Origin: Amoebophrya sp. A120
Lineage: Eukaryota; Protista; Dinoflagellata
Assembly (NCBI GenBank): GCA_905178155.1
Contig: CAJINV010000012.1
Location: forward strand, 3,405,144-3,469,143
Length of the DNA: 64,000 nucleotides
Direction of reading: 5' to 3'
Shown here: piece by piece, positions 47,401-58,958 of the stretch
How positions within the stretch are numbered: position 1 is the first letter of the stretch
How the letters are laid out: every line of letters begins with the position of its first letter
Translations under genes and position numbers: made by a program
The notes under the pieces: generated by a model
Told to the model about the DNA's origin: nothing
Seen by the model: the letters and a program-made list of their open reading frames with translations, nothing else
Databases searched by the model: none

Positions 47401-50400
47401 CTCATGCTGAGGAAATTTGTAATGCATTTATACGAGTGCGATACTTTTGCAGTTCATAGGAGATTGCGAACCCCCACCCGAACGGGGTGTGCAAGGAGGG
47501 CCGGTATTTCCTCGCCGGGGAGTTTTGCACCCCGCAGTGCGCGGACCGGTTTGCGCCGACGGACCCCGGACCGTTTGAATGCTTGGGCGACGGCACCTGG
47601 GACCAGGCGGGGCAGGAATTCGACTGCGTGATGACGTTTCACAGCTGCAACGCGTTTACGGATATCGTGAATGCGGCGGACCCATCCTGCGAAGAAGGGT
47701 CCTCGATTAAGGAGCTTGAGTACTGCACCCCGGTCTGCGAACTGGGGTTCGAACCCAACCCCGCGGTGCCGATCCAGTGTCTCCGATCCGGCTTGGCAAC
47801 GCGTTTTGAGTGCAAGCGCCCGTGCCAGCAGCCCTACGTGATAAACAGCAAGCAGACCGGCGCCTGCCAAAAGCGGAGGAGAATCGTCGGGGGGCAGATT
47901 TGCCGGCCCGATTGCGAAACGGGGACGTACGCCATGCCGCCGGACGACCGAACTTGTCAGGATGACGGGCAGCTGTCCGGCGTGCCGTTCGCCTGTCTCA
48001 CCGGCGACCCGCCGGAGGGCTGGAAAGCGCCCGGGACGCTCGACGAGGTGGTGTATGTTTCCGATCCGGACGCGGGCGAGAAGCATTTCGGCACCATAGA
48101 CACGGATTTGTCCAACCAGGGCGCGCACCGGAGAAACGGCACCTGCAGCGCTGGGTACACTGGATATCCGGCGTGTTCAGATTTGATGAGGTGTCAGGTC
48201 ATGGCGGACGTGGCGAATTCGGCGGATCCGCCGTGTGAGGAGGGACTAGTAGTGTCGATCCAGTGCACACCCAAGTGCTTGACCGGGTTCAACCCAGATA
48301 CACCCAAGTTGGTGTGCATAGTACTGAAACTGATGGGTTGTTCGTTGATTTTTTTCAAGTCTCGATTTGTTTGTTTACGCAAAACGTCAATGACAAATCT
48401 GTACATTGTCATGGGTCTTCATAGCAAAAGAAAAAGATTTGTCTATCCAAAACTCCCTACTATAATCAGGATAACATCCTGTACCCGCCGCGGTTCGAGT
48501 GCATGCCGGAATTTGCCGGTACCTGCGAGATATGCATTGCAAAAGTATCGTACTCGTATAAATGCAATACAAATTTCTGCAGCATGAGAAATGAAATTTG
48601 TAATGCAGATTTAGCTTAAGAAAGGGATTTGTAATGCATGATTGCAATACAACGAGTGCGATACTTTTGCAGTTCATACGAGATCATGGCGTACACGGCG
48701 TTTGGTGTTTCCGGTCTGTGTATGCATTGCAAAGGTATCGTATTATGTATAAACTGCATGACAAATTTGCTGAAGAACAAAAATGCAATTTGTAATGCTG
48801 TTTTCCCTTAGAAAGTAGATCGGTCATGCATGATGGCTACAATTACAACGACGAGCACGATACTTTTGCACTGGATACTGTGGGTCTTGGTTCTCTTCTG
48901 TCTCGTGTGTTTGTCCCGAGAAAAGGCCGCACCCAAGGACTTCGACGTAAAGGGGGAAATGAACAACTACAACGTGTTATCATTCGTAAAAACGTCCCCA
49001 CCCCATAGTTGTCATGCAGTTCTGCATACTGAAGATGTTTCTCATGCGGAGCCCCATGAGAAGCATTTTCTAATCATCATGCGGAAAGTGTCATGCTCCA
49101 ATCAGCATGTCATGCTAGATTTGTGATGCTAGTGAACTAGCTAAACAGGATTACACTCTGAGGCCAAACTTGTCATGCGCAACAGCCAGGCCTGGTTCAT
49201 TTGTGTAGCAGAATTCCCATCTTGACTCAGGGGTGTGGACGCTTTTACACAGGATACGTGTACCGATCCGAAGTCGCCGACAGCGGTGAGGTCGATCCGT
49301 TGTATGAGATGAGTGCACAACTCCCCCTCTCCCTCATTTGTAATGCAAAATACCGAACTCACACCCTGCTCGTACGTAAGCACTGCTAGCATGGAAAATT
49401 TTGGAACCTCTAATAGTACTACAATTCGCACACAGATTTTGATTTGTCGTGCGAAAGCCCCTGTTCTGCTGTTGTTTGTGTTGCTGTTCATACCATACAG
49501 ATGAGGGGGAGAGGAGTTGTGCGGTCTCATACATTGACGCCAAAATCCAGGAAAAAGAGAAGTAGCAGAGGTGGTTTGGCGGACATACCGGAGGACGGGG
49601 TACTACCGTCGGGAAAAAGTGGCGTGCAGCACGTACTGATTTTTTAAGCAAGCTTTTCTTCTATAATTTCCTTATTGAAAATAAAGTATTTCCTCTGATG
49701 AACTTGTCATGCCAACCATGCTTTGAAACTTGATCTTGTCATGCAAACCCCGAATCAAATTCAAAAATTCACCTCAGTATGACTTCAAGTCCATGGCCTC
49801 GCGGGAGCTGACCTCATCCGAAAGGCAAGCCATCATCGACAATCGTTCCTCGACAGACTTCTTTGTGCCCGAGTCCCAGCTTGCGGAGTACATGCAGAAA
49901 AAGGCCATGATGGAATCGATAGAAGACGACGAATATGCATTGCGGAAGGATCGCACTAGCATGAATTGCATTACCAGTTTTATTCCCACAAGGAAAAGTT
50001 GTAAATTGGATTCGTGAACAAGATAGTGCTGACTCACGTGGAAAGATAGATTTGTCATGCTGTAGTGCAATGCAATTGCAATGTGCATGGCAATTCGAGT
50101 CGTGCGATCCTTTTGCAATGCATAACGAAGACGCGAAATCGCAGTCCCGCGCGCCCTCCGTCGCGTCCACACCCTCCATGATGTCTTACGCGAGTTACGA
50201 CCCGCAAGAGGGCTTGAAATCCCCACAGGGGTACCCGTTGCAAAGGTTTAAGACAACCAAACCCGGCTACATCTGCGACGCGTGTGACAACGTGAAGCCG
50301 AAGGGAAGCGTGATGTTCTCCGCAAGGGAAGAATCCTACGATGTGTGCATGGAGTGCGTGCTGAAAATGGCCCGGGGATTTGGCACGCCGAAGGATTTGT

Positions 50401-50546
50401 ACTTGCAGGAGCAGGCCAGACAGGAGTCCCTAAAGGACGACCCAATAACAATCGGGATAAGTCCGCACGAAAAATTTGTGAAATCCGCACCAAAGAGGGA
50501 AAAGGAGGAAACAAGAATACCAAACGAGAAACTGCGGGTGACATAG
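44406..50546 (+). CDS. Cys-rich membrane/surface protein: N-terminal TM anchor, Sushi/CCP-like repeats, EGF-like module, C-terminal TM, cytosolic ZZ-like Zn finger
   Basis: Frame is restored through 12 TIR introns and 4-5 GT-AG introns. Repeats C.EG....C.P.C..GF.P....C; CSDRGN..CICTCD..YGGPRCE; TM AFGVSGLWVLVLFCLVCL; YICDACD...YDVCMEC. Exon structure near 44900-45100 is ambiguous. Confidence 0.8.
45161..45312. mobile_element. Non-canonical TIR intron, AAAAGTATCG family
   Basis: TATCCACTGCAACAGTATC...GATACTTTTGCAATGCATA; TSD AGTGC/CATGC. Confidence 0.88.
45540..45689. mobile_element. Non-canonical TIR intron, TATCCACAGTAAA family
   Basis: TSD TCGCG; near-copy of 24102-24257. Confidence 0.93.
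45729..46002. mobile_element. Non-canonical TIR intron, TGTCTGGGTCTGGAA family, variant ends TAC...AAA
   Basis: TSD TTGCC; TIR core intact; frame restored. Confidence 0.88.
46072..46228. mobile_element. Non-canonical TIR intron, AAAAGTATCG family
   Basis: TATGCATTGCAAAA...TTTTGCAATGCATA; diverged TSD TGGGA/CGGTA. Confidence 0.88.
46337..46486. mobile_element. Non-canonical TIR intron, AAAAGTATCG family
   Basis: TSD CAAAC; near-copy of 47310-47458. Confidence 0.92.
46993..47263. mobile_element. Non-canonical TIR intron, TGTCTGGGTC-related
   Basis: TSD GGTCC/GGCCC; joins YGG|PRCE of the EGF-like module. Confidence 0.88.
47310..47458. mobile_element. Non-canonical TIR intron, AAAAGTATCG family
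   Basis: TSD CGAGA/GGAGA; TGCAAAAGTATCGCACTCGTA inverted at both ends. Confidence 0.92.
48531..48678. mobile_element. Non-canonical TIR intron, AAAAGTATCG family
   Basis: TSD CGAGA; frame restored. Confidence 0.92.
48721..48877. mobile_element. Non-canonical TIR intron, AAAAGTATCG family
   Basis: TSD CTGTG; splits the TM helix. Confidence 0.92.
48978..49256. mobile_element. Non-canonical TIR intron, ACCCCATAGT family
   Basis: TSD CGTGT; same 279-bp length and TIR type as 23352-23630. Confidence 0.9.
49303..49531. mobile_element. Non-canonical TIR intron, GCACAACTCCCCCTC family
   Basis: TSD CGTTG/CATTG; same TIR as 53961-54177. Confidence 0.9.
49934..50124. mobile_element. Non-canonical TIR intron, AAGGATCGCAC variant
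   Basis: TATGCATTGCGGAAGGATCGCAC...GTGCGATCCTTTTGCAATGCATA; TSD ACGAA. Confidence 0.92.
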
Positions 50547-51109
50547 GAGGTTTTTCTAGTATAATTGGCGGGCCGGTGGGACTGGACCGAGGTTTTTTGT
50601 TCTCAGGAAAAAGCGGCGGTGCCGGTGCGGGCGCGTTGCACGGGAGGGCCTCGACTGCGGATGGATGGTGACTACTTGTTTTCACAGAACTCCCTCGTTT
50701 TGCCTTTACAATCAATGCATTTGTAAGGGCAAACCGGCGGAGAAAATCAGACACTTTTTGAGTTGTTCAGGATTACAGCACAGGAACTCGAACCGAGAAA
50801 GATGTTCAATAGAGACGAAGAAAGAATCTTGCTGAAAGTCTACGACTTCATATTCACCAGTATTATACGAAAACTAAAAAACGATGTACTGCCGCAAAAA
50901 CATTGATCCGGGTGCAGTCCGTGCAGACAGCAATAATGCCGCAGATTAAGCGCAGATGTTCTGTGGTTCCACTAGTCTGTCATGGTGTTCAAGCGTAACG
51001 GGTTAGTGTCGATCGAGCTTGGCCTTGAGTTATTTTCCGCCTTCCGTCTGAACCGCAAACAAGAACGAGGCGGAGTGGTCGGAGTCCTATGCGTTCAACA
51101 AGCGAAACG

Positions 51110-52330
51110 CCAAGCCAGACGGGGAAACCCGCTGGGGCGCGCTACTAGCTCGGCCCGCAGCGTTGCGGGGCATGGGGCGACGGGAATCCTATGCCGAACA
51201 AATAAGCAGGGGGCACTTTAGCAGGATCGTGGCCAAGGAAAAGCGTGTGGGCGTGGGCGTTCGGCGGGTTTTCGGGCCCTTCGAAAAAGGCCCCCGGACC
51301 AAGTGGGTTGACTGCGCCCCGAAGCTGCGCGCCGCCCAACTTAATACCGCGGAGCCCGGTTGTCGCGCGCTACTGGGGCCGGGGCCGGCGGCGCAGAGTG
51401 GGCCGAGCGACCGTCCGTCCGGCGCCAGCGGGGCGGGGGCGGGTGCAAGGCATTGCATTGCGTTAAGGCCCGGGGCATCGCAGTGGCCGACAGGCCCCGC
51501 AAGCGCGCCACCCGTGCAATTTCGGCGCCGGTGTCTTTCCTTTGAAATGCCCGGCCGGCCTATTAGCGAAAGCACGCCCGCCGCTATTCTCGCCGGGGTT
51601 ATTGGGAGCGGCCCTGGGGACCTTTCGCCGGGCCTGCCCCCCCGCGGAACAGGGCCGCGGCGCTTTTTTCGGTCGGTTTTCAAACAAACTGCGTCGGCCG
51701 GCCTTTTTGCTTCCCACCCGTGTCCGAACCCTGGCGCGGGATGACCGAGAGACGCCGACGAAGGGAGTGACGGCCGGCGGGGCGGTGCGCCGCAGTGCTC
51801 CGGTATCTGAGTAAGGTGCCAGGCCCGGCGGGCTTGGATTGGCCCGAGCCCGCAGATTTCGACGCGCAGTTCGCTTAGTTTCGCCATCCGGGCCCCCGGG
51901 CGGGGCCGGCCCGCCCTTCTGTTATTTTGTGGCGCCCTCCTTTCTGGCCCCGCAAGCAGGAAAGGGGGGCCAGCACCCACGCGCCCGCCCCGGCGCCCGT
52001 TTCGGTGGTGTTTTGTGCCGAGAGCCTGCCCGCCCCCGGGCGCCTCCCTTGCGCTTCTTATTTTGGTAGGCTTCCGCCTGCCTGCGCTTTCCCCAGCCGC
52101 CTGGTTGCGGTGCCGGACGGCCGGCGCCGAGTGGTTGCCTGCCTGCTGGCATTCGGTGGCTGGCCGCCTTGATGGGAGCTAGCCCGGGGCGCCTCGGCGG
52201 CCTGTCCTATATGTTGATTTGCCCTGATTGATAGGCCGCCCGCCCGGCAGCAACCGAGCGCGGGGGCCGACGGCTGCACGCGGCGGTCGGGTCAGCCCTA
52301 TTAGCCCTCGCTGCCTGGGTGTGGTCGGCG
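51110..52330. other. Very GC-rich non-coding intergenic block
   Basis: Same signature; upstream of the SAM-domain gene. Confidence 0.6.
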
Positions 52331-52771
52331 TCAACCTGTTCTGCGTCCCTCGCTCTATCTTTCCTCTTCCATGGGGATGAAGAGCCCAGGTCGATTGACA
52401 TTGAATTGGCCGACAGCCCTTAGCCTCGCGCGCTTGTCGAGGTACATGCGGAACGCGTTTCAGGCATGGCGCTGGGCGAGGTTTGCTTCTGATTCTCGCA
52501 TCTATGTCTTTGTCTTTGTGTTCATCTTTGTTGTCTTGCCCGTTCTTTCTGACTATCTACTCACCGAGAAGCGAACTCAGGGTGGCATCTTCTGATCACA
52601 TCAAGACGAACACATAGACATGCAAAGGTGATGACAACTGAGTGAGAAATCCATTGAACACGGGAACAAGTTGCAAAGCCGCGCCTGCTTCTCGATTCAG
52701 TGATTGAGCGACATTGATGCGCATTCGCCGACTAGAAGTGTTACTCTCGCTGGTAAAATCCACCCCGTCTG

Positions 52772-55700
52772 ATGTGGACCCAGTGGGGCCCAGAGGGCGT
52801 TGGCGAGTGGCTCCGACGGTTGGGCGCACCTTCGAACGTGGTAGTGAGGATTTTTGAAGATACAACTACCCGGTGATGTTTCCTTGAGGATGAGTAGCGT
52901 TCTACTAGTGCATGCATTGCAAAATCAAGAATAATGAAGACGCGACCGGATTTGGATTTCATTTTTCGGCGCTATTTGCAACAAACATCTTGCAAGAATC
53001 CACACTGATCAAAATTGAATCCACCCCCAGGTCGCCGCCTTCGTGGAGGAGAAAGTGGACGGTCCAACGCTCTCCGCCTTCACCAACGAGGACGACATTA
53101 AGCAGTTGATCCCGAAAGACGCGGCTCTGCGCAAACACATCTTCCACTCCATCCAGGAACTCGTGAAGCCGCAGGGCGTGCAGAACGGCCAAGTTTTTCA
53201 CGACGTGGAAATCGAGAAGTTTACGAGTCCTCTATTACAATGAAAAATGCCCCCAGAAGTCGCAGTCCGGAATTTGCAAAAGTTTCTCATGCAAGGTTTC
53301 CAAATGAAAGTTTTTTGTCTTGCATGAAAGGACTACGAGCCTTTGAAAGGACTACGAGCCTTTCTGATGCACAATCTCAGCGCGCAAGGTGTCTTTTGCA
53401 TAACAGACCCGGCTGCTGATGGGCTCCTTTGCAACACAAATTTGAGCTATTCAGCATCGCAAATTTGTGATGCTGATACATGCAAGACGGGGAATGCTTC
53501 CATTGGAAAGGTCTGCAATACAAATGCTGCCAATTTCTGGGTTGGGGGCATTTTTCACTGTAATGTCCTCTGTCCTCCAAGTCGGATCTTTCCCCCGAGT
53601 CGAACAATTCCAGTCCGAAATCGACAAAATCCCACCCCTTTTCGCCGAAAAATTTTCCCGGCGACGGAGCCGAGCTCGGTGGCATGATGGTGCAACATTT
53701 GAGTCCGAAGACGGCGCTGAGTTCTCAGGAAAACGAGATTTACAACTCGGCTTATGATGACGAGCTGATGCAGCAGCAGCAGCAACCAGAAGCTGCAGCT
53801 GGGACAGCGAATCAAATAAACAAACACTCCCGCACAAAATCCTACGAGGTTGACGAGTACAGTTTTTCCGAAACGGAGGGCCCAGGAGGGCCGAATAACC
53901 GGATCACAACCACTTCCGACGGCACGGTACGGGAAACGCTGATGCACGGGAGTCCCAGCTTATGACAGTGCACAACCTCCCCTCCCCCTCATTTGCATTG
54001 CATGAACAGCAGGACAAACACCAGCACACATATAGCCTATGCATGACAACTTCATGCGCCTATTGTAGTACTGTTTGGGCTTCCGGAATCTGTCATGCAA
54101 ACAGTGCCACAGGGAAGCAGTTGGGTTTGGGGTTTTGCATGACAAATGAGGGGGAGGGGGAGTTGTGCGCTCTCATACAGCTTCGGCAGCCGACAGGCGA
54201 TCTCGCCGCCGCCGGACATGAAGGACGAAATAGTAGATGAAAACGTCAAAACGAAAACCGCAGCAGATGCAGTAGACACAAATAATAGCAACCCGCTTTT
54301 CATCACCCGGCCGTCTGTTCACCGGGACGAGATGGAAAGCGCGATTGCGAAAGAGTACCACAACATCGAATCTTTGAACAGCGATGGGAAGATACGCATG
54401 GTTTCGTCCGCCGATGAGGACACGGAGAAGTCGCCGGAGATCGGGGAGTTGCTGATTGCAGAGGAGAATGAGCTCTCTTTCGACGGAAAGGTAGTGCCGA
54501 AGGGATCGTATGGGCAGAGCCAGAAGGTGATGAACGCGCTGGGAATAAATAAGCCATCAACTACTACAACATCATCGTCGAACAAAAACCCAACCTCTGG
54601 CTTCACCACCACCACTTCGAGTAGCAGTAGAAAACCGAACCCGTTTCTCCCAACCTCAGACGAGGACGACAGCAAGTCCGCATCGACAGATAAACAGGCC
54701 TTGACCTCGACAAGGTCCAGGACCCCGCCGAATGTCGATAGCAATAATTACGTCGCGATGAATTATCAGACGGGCTACTCACCTGCGTCGAGTTCGAGCT
54801 CGAGAAGAGGTAGTAATAGATTAGTCGGCAAGACTAACCCGCAGATTGTCGTGAATACCGTTTCCTCCCCCGACAGCGTGAATAGTCAACAAGAGCAGTA
54901 CGCCTATCCCAACATCCCGAAAGGCCGCCCGTCCGTCGGCAGCCCACGACCCGCGGAGGACCCGGGATTTAATATTACGTCGTCTGCTTCGCCGCAGGAG
55001 AATTTATCGACTATCTCTTTCGACGAAAACAGCTCGATCCAAAGCATGAGCACGACGCAGTTGCAGCTGCAAGTGGACCAGTTGTCCGAGCAGGAGATGC
55101 AAAAGGAGATACCGGTTTTGTTGCAGCAGCTGCAGGAATGGCGAAAAAGTGTCAAAAAAGGTGGGAAAAAGCACTTCGCCGCGTTGAAGAAGGTGCAGAT
55201 GTACGCAAAAGCGCTGGACAACGCGATGGGTGGTGCTGGAACTGGTGGAGCTGCGGGTGGTGGGAAAAAACGAAATAGCAACAACTATCCCAGCACTTCG
55301 AACAAATCAGACCTAATTTCGAAACTCCGGGGGCCCGCCTGGAGCGGTTTGGTGGAACAGGAAAGGAGCAATGAGGAGGCAAGGGTGGAATTTTACCGGA
55401 TGCAGCACACGGAGAGAACGGTACTTGTGCGGTTTGGTTTGTGAGACACTTGATATTGGATTTGGATGGTGCACGACTGGCTGTGAATGTGATTCTGCAC
55501 GAAAAAGTGTTTGCCTTTTCCGATCCTCAGAGCGTCAATTTATGCATCACAAACTCTCTAACTCTAACTCTACCAGGAATACCACGAGCTGATTGAGAAG
55601 TGCAAAACGACCGAATCCGCCATGGGCAACGATTTGATCGCGTACAGGGCGTTTCTGGATTCGTTGGAAAAGGCGTTTGAAAAAGACCTGGCGATCAAGT

Positions 55701-58700
55701 CCACCTATTCCAAGGGGAGGATCCTCCCCACTGCGGCTTTGCTGGGAACTGGCGGAAAAAAACGAAGAAAAAAGAGCGGAGTAGAAGACGAATCTTCTGC
55801 AGGTCGGGACAAGGAGGGAAATAAAACTACATCTGCGAGTAGTAGCAAGAGCAAGGTACGGGCGGCGAAGGCGAAGAGGAAGATGGAGCAGTCTTCGTTT
55901 CTGACAAATCCGCAGTACCACGAAGACAAGGAACTGGTGGACCAGAGAGCGGAAATTGTATAATTTCTTCGTGATTGTTCTAGTTCTACTCCCAGTCCCA
56001 CTGCCGTGCCACTCCTCCAGCCGCTTCTGAGCAGAGCATCGACTGCCTGGACAGCCCGCGTGCTTTGTCTCGTGCAGAGCGCTCCACAATCGGGCGCGCT
56101 TTCTGGCGAGACTTTTCTCCGAGCCCGTGTTTAGCGTACGTATTCTGGCGACCCTGTTTGCGCGCTGCCCATTTGATAAGAGCGTACGGGTAGTGCAGTC
56201 TATCTGCATAAAACTGCAGAATGCGCGCGCCTGTCCAATCCATCAATATGCTTCGCGCTGGGCGGTGCGGCGGTCCGAGGGGTGCACCCGAGGAGGAGCT
56301 AGACCCTCTGGTGATTCAGGTGTAGCGTGTCGAGTTCAAAAGCTCTGGCAGCCCGTGCGCTTTTCTCGGGGGAACTCAATAAGCTTCGCTTCAGTTTCGC
56401 AGCTTTTACCCGATTTGCCGCGTTTAGCAGGGTCTATTCTGGCTACCCTGTGCTCGGCTTGCCCCACGGATTACTTTGCACGCGGGTAGCGCATTCTGCG
56501 CGAATCTGCGATGCTTGCGCGCCCTGTGTGAACCGGCGAACACCTCGCTCTGCGCGTGGTAGCTGCAGGCCCTCGCAGCTTAGGGGGCGCTCCCCGCGTA
56601 CGGTGTTCCGGGCCCTGCGGGTGCACATTGTGAGGCTCTCAGAAGCTGAAGATCAAGGTGTAGCGTGTCGGGTGGAGAGGGCCCTCTGCCTAGGCAGTCC
56701 GCGTGCTTTTTATTTTTCATATCCTGCTTCTGTAGCAAAAACGCACTTCCATTTCGTATTAAGGGCTCTGCGTGAGAAAAAGTACACTACTGTACACAGA
56801 TTGCCTACCTCGACGGCATGCGGCAATTGAACGCGGAGATGGAAATTTACGAGGGAAAATTAGGCAGGAGAGAAGGCTGCATTTCTGACTACGTCAGAAG
56901 AGACGAATTGGGGAAGGAGGTATAAGTAATTTTCTTCATGATCTTCTGTGATGCAGCATGATTCAAATTCTGCATGCGAATTCAAAAGGTTTCATTCAAT
57001 CATTGGCGTGTACTACAACTAGCATGACAATTTACCATGATGGTCTACTTCTCTTGCGAAATTTGAATCACAAAAATATCAGCTCCAAAACCGGCTTCCC
57101 GATCCAGGATCCATATCAAATGTAAAAATGTCTCCTGGGTCTGGACGAATGCAAGATTTGTGATGCAGGTTTTCCATGACCCATGAGGTCTGGAATGCGA
57201 GATCCAGTATGACAGATTTTTTGAGGTCTCTACCATGCCTTTCCTGCATGAGAAACTCCCTTTCAACTTGGTCAAAAGCGGACAGCTTTTGGTACTCACG
57301 CAACACAGATTTTTGCATCATTCAGATTTAGCATAACAAGTTATAACCTTCCAGACCCAGACATTTTTGCACTTGATAATCCACCGGTATGTCACAAACT
57401 GAACGGGACATGCTCAACGAGCAGTTGCACGCGTCTAGTGCATATGGTTTGTAAAAATGTCTGGGTCTGGAAACTTGTGATGCTGGGTGGCGTATCATGA
57501 GGAGGCCACAAGTGCTGGGTCAGCATGACAAGTTTCTGAGCTTCTATATGATGCCGATTCTGCATGACATTGACAAACTGCGTTTTTGCATGACAGAAAA
57601 GTGGGGCTCTTGAGTAACGTGCATGACAGATTTAAGAGTCATGCCAGACAAGCATGACAAACTTGCACTCTTCCAGACCCAGACATTTTTCCAGTTGATA
57701 GTGCAGAACTCGCGGAGCTCGTACACCTGGTTCTGCAGATGGAAAAGCAGGAGGAAGCGTATTTGAATTCTGATACACTTCGACTGCTCATCTCATGGAG
57801 ATTCCGATATCGGAATCGGTATCTATTGGCAGCCGTGCGGAGGTCGCCGAAAAATAGAATCGCTCCTCAGCCGTGCGGAGGCACTTTTTCAGATTTTTTC
57901 AGTGCTTTTTGCAGTAGTGGACGCTGGCCAATTTGCTAAAATTGCACTTTTTTTTTTCTTTGTCTTCGCGCGTTCTGCCAACTACGAATCGCTCCTCAGC
58001 CGCGAAGGGGAGCTTTTTTTGATTTTTTCGGCCATTTTTCAAGCAGGAGACCCTGGCCAATTTTCAAAAACTGCGATATTTTTTTCGTTTGTCTCACCCG
58101 TTTTGCCCCGTTTTGCCGTGATGCCATCACCATACCATACCATGATACTCATCAATCGCCTCACATTACAGTGCCGCCCAGGAAAACGCCTCCGAAGCGG
58201 AGTACATCCGCGGTATGTGGGACCAGATACAGGCTTTTGTCCAATCTCGGTCTTCGTTGAACAGCGGCACGACGAGCACAACTTTTGGGGAAAGCAACAA
58301 CCTCCCTTCCAGTACAGCCAGTAATGACAGAACAACCACCACCTCCTGCCAAACCGAGCTCTCCGCGTTCGCAAAGCCGGTAGTGCGCAGGCCGCAGACG
58401 GGCGCCGCCGTGAAACAGCTGCCGCCGACGACCCCAACGACACCGGTCGTTCCTGGTTTGAGCGCCCGACCACTCTCTTCTATGCATTGCAAATATGTCT
58501 GAGTCTGGAAACTTGTGATGCAACTCTGTGATTAATGAGCTCACTGCAATAGGTGACCAAGCATGACAAGTTTTTGAGCTCCTGTGTGTTGCGTATTTCG
58601 CATGGCAGGCTCCATTTTTGCATGACAGGCAAGAGGATCTTTTCGCGCCTAAGCATCACAGAGTTAACACTCATGCCAGACAAGCATGACAAGTCTTGCA

Positions 58701-58958
58701 TTCTTCCAGACCCAGACATATTTGCAATGCATATCTTCCCGCGGAACGCCGAATGGTGGACACTATCCGCCGAACAGCGCGAGAGGCAGCAGAAACAGCC
58801 GGGAAAGCTACGGAGGCGGGCACAACAACGGAGGAGGACCGGGAGTGGCGGGAAGTAGCAGAATGGCGGGGGGAGGGAACGCTTCGCAGAGGACGCGGAC
58901 GAGGAGTTTGGATCCTCCACGAACCAGGTCGAGAGGCCTTGTGCCCGCGCCGTTTTAG
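52772..58958 (+). CDS. SAM-domain protein with Ser/Thr-rich linker and helical C-terminal region; exons 52772-52840, 53031-53232, 53571-53960, 54183-55420, 55577-55957, 56800-56919, 57083-57113, 57384-57442, 57706-57758, 58172-58480, 58739-58958
   Basis: WGPEGVGEWLRRLG...AAFVEEKVDGPTL...DDIKQL...LRKHIFHSIQEL fits the SAM pattern. Five GT-AG and five TIR introns give a continuous frame. Confidence 0.75.
53233..53565. mobile_element. Non-canonical TIR intron with internal 20-bp tandem duplication
   Basis: TATTACAATGAAAAATGCCCCC...GGGGGCATTTTTCACTGTAATG; TSD TCCTC; TGAAAGGACTACGAGCCTTT x2. Confidence 0.9.
53961..54177. mobile_element. Non-canonical TIR intron, GCACAACTCCCCCTC family
   Basis: TSD CAGCT; frame restored. 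Confidence 0.92.
56040..56712. repeat. Diverged ~300-350-bp tandem repeat inside a GT-AG intron (55958-56799)
   Basis: CAG(C/T)CCG(C/T)G(T/C)GCTTT at ~56052, 56349 and 56696; TATTCTGGC.ACCCTGT twice; AGGTGTAGCGTGTCG twice. Confidence 0.65.
57114..57378. mobile_element. Non-canonical TIR intron, TGTCTGGGTCTGGAA family, reverse orientation relative to 42307
   Basis: TSD ATCCA; internal CCAAAAGCTGTCCGCTTTTGACCAAGTTG is on the - strand here and on the + strand in the 42307 copy. Confidence 0.92.
57443..57700. mobile_element. Non-canonical TIR intron, TGTCTGGGTCTGGAA family
   Basis: TSD GTGCA; related to 58481-58733. Confidence 0.92.
57855..58090. repeat. ~129-bp imperfect tandem duplication within GT-AG intron 57759-58171
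   Basis: GAATCGCTCCTCAGCCG at 57857 and 57986, each followed by CTGGCCAATTT. Confidence 0.7.
58481..58733. mobile_element. Non-canonical TIR intron, TGTCTGGGTCTGGAA family
   Basis: TATGCATTGCAAATATGTCTG...CAGACATATTTGCAATGCATA; TSD TCTTC. Confidence 0.93.
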
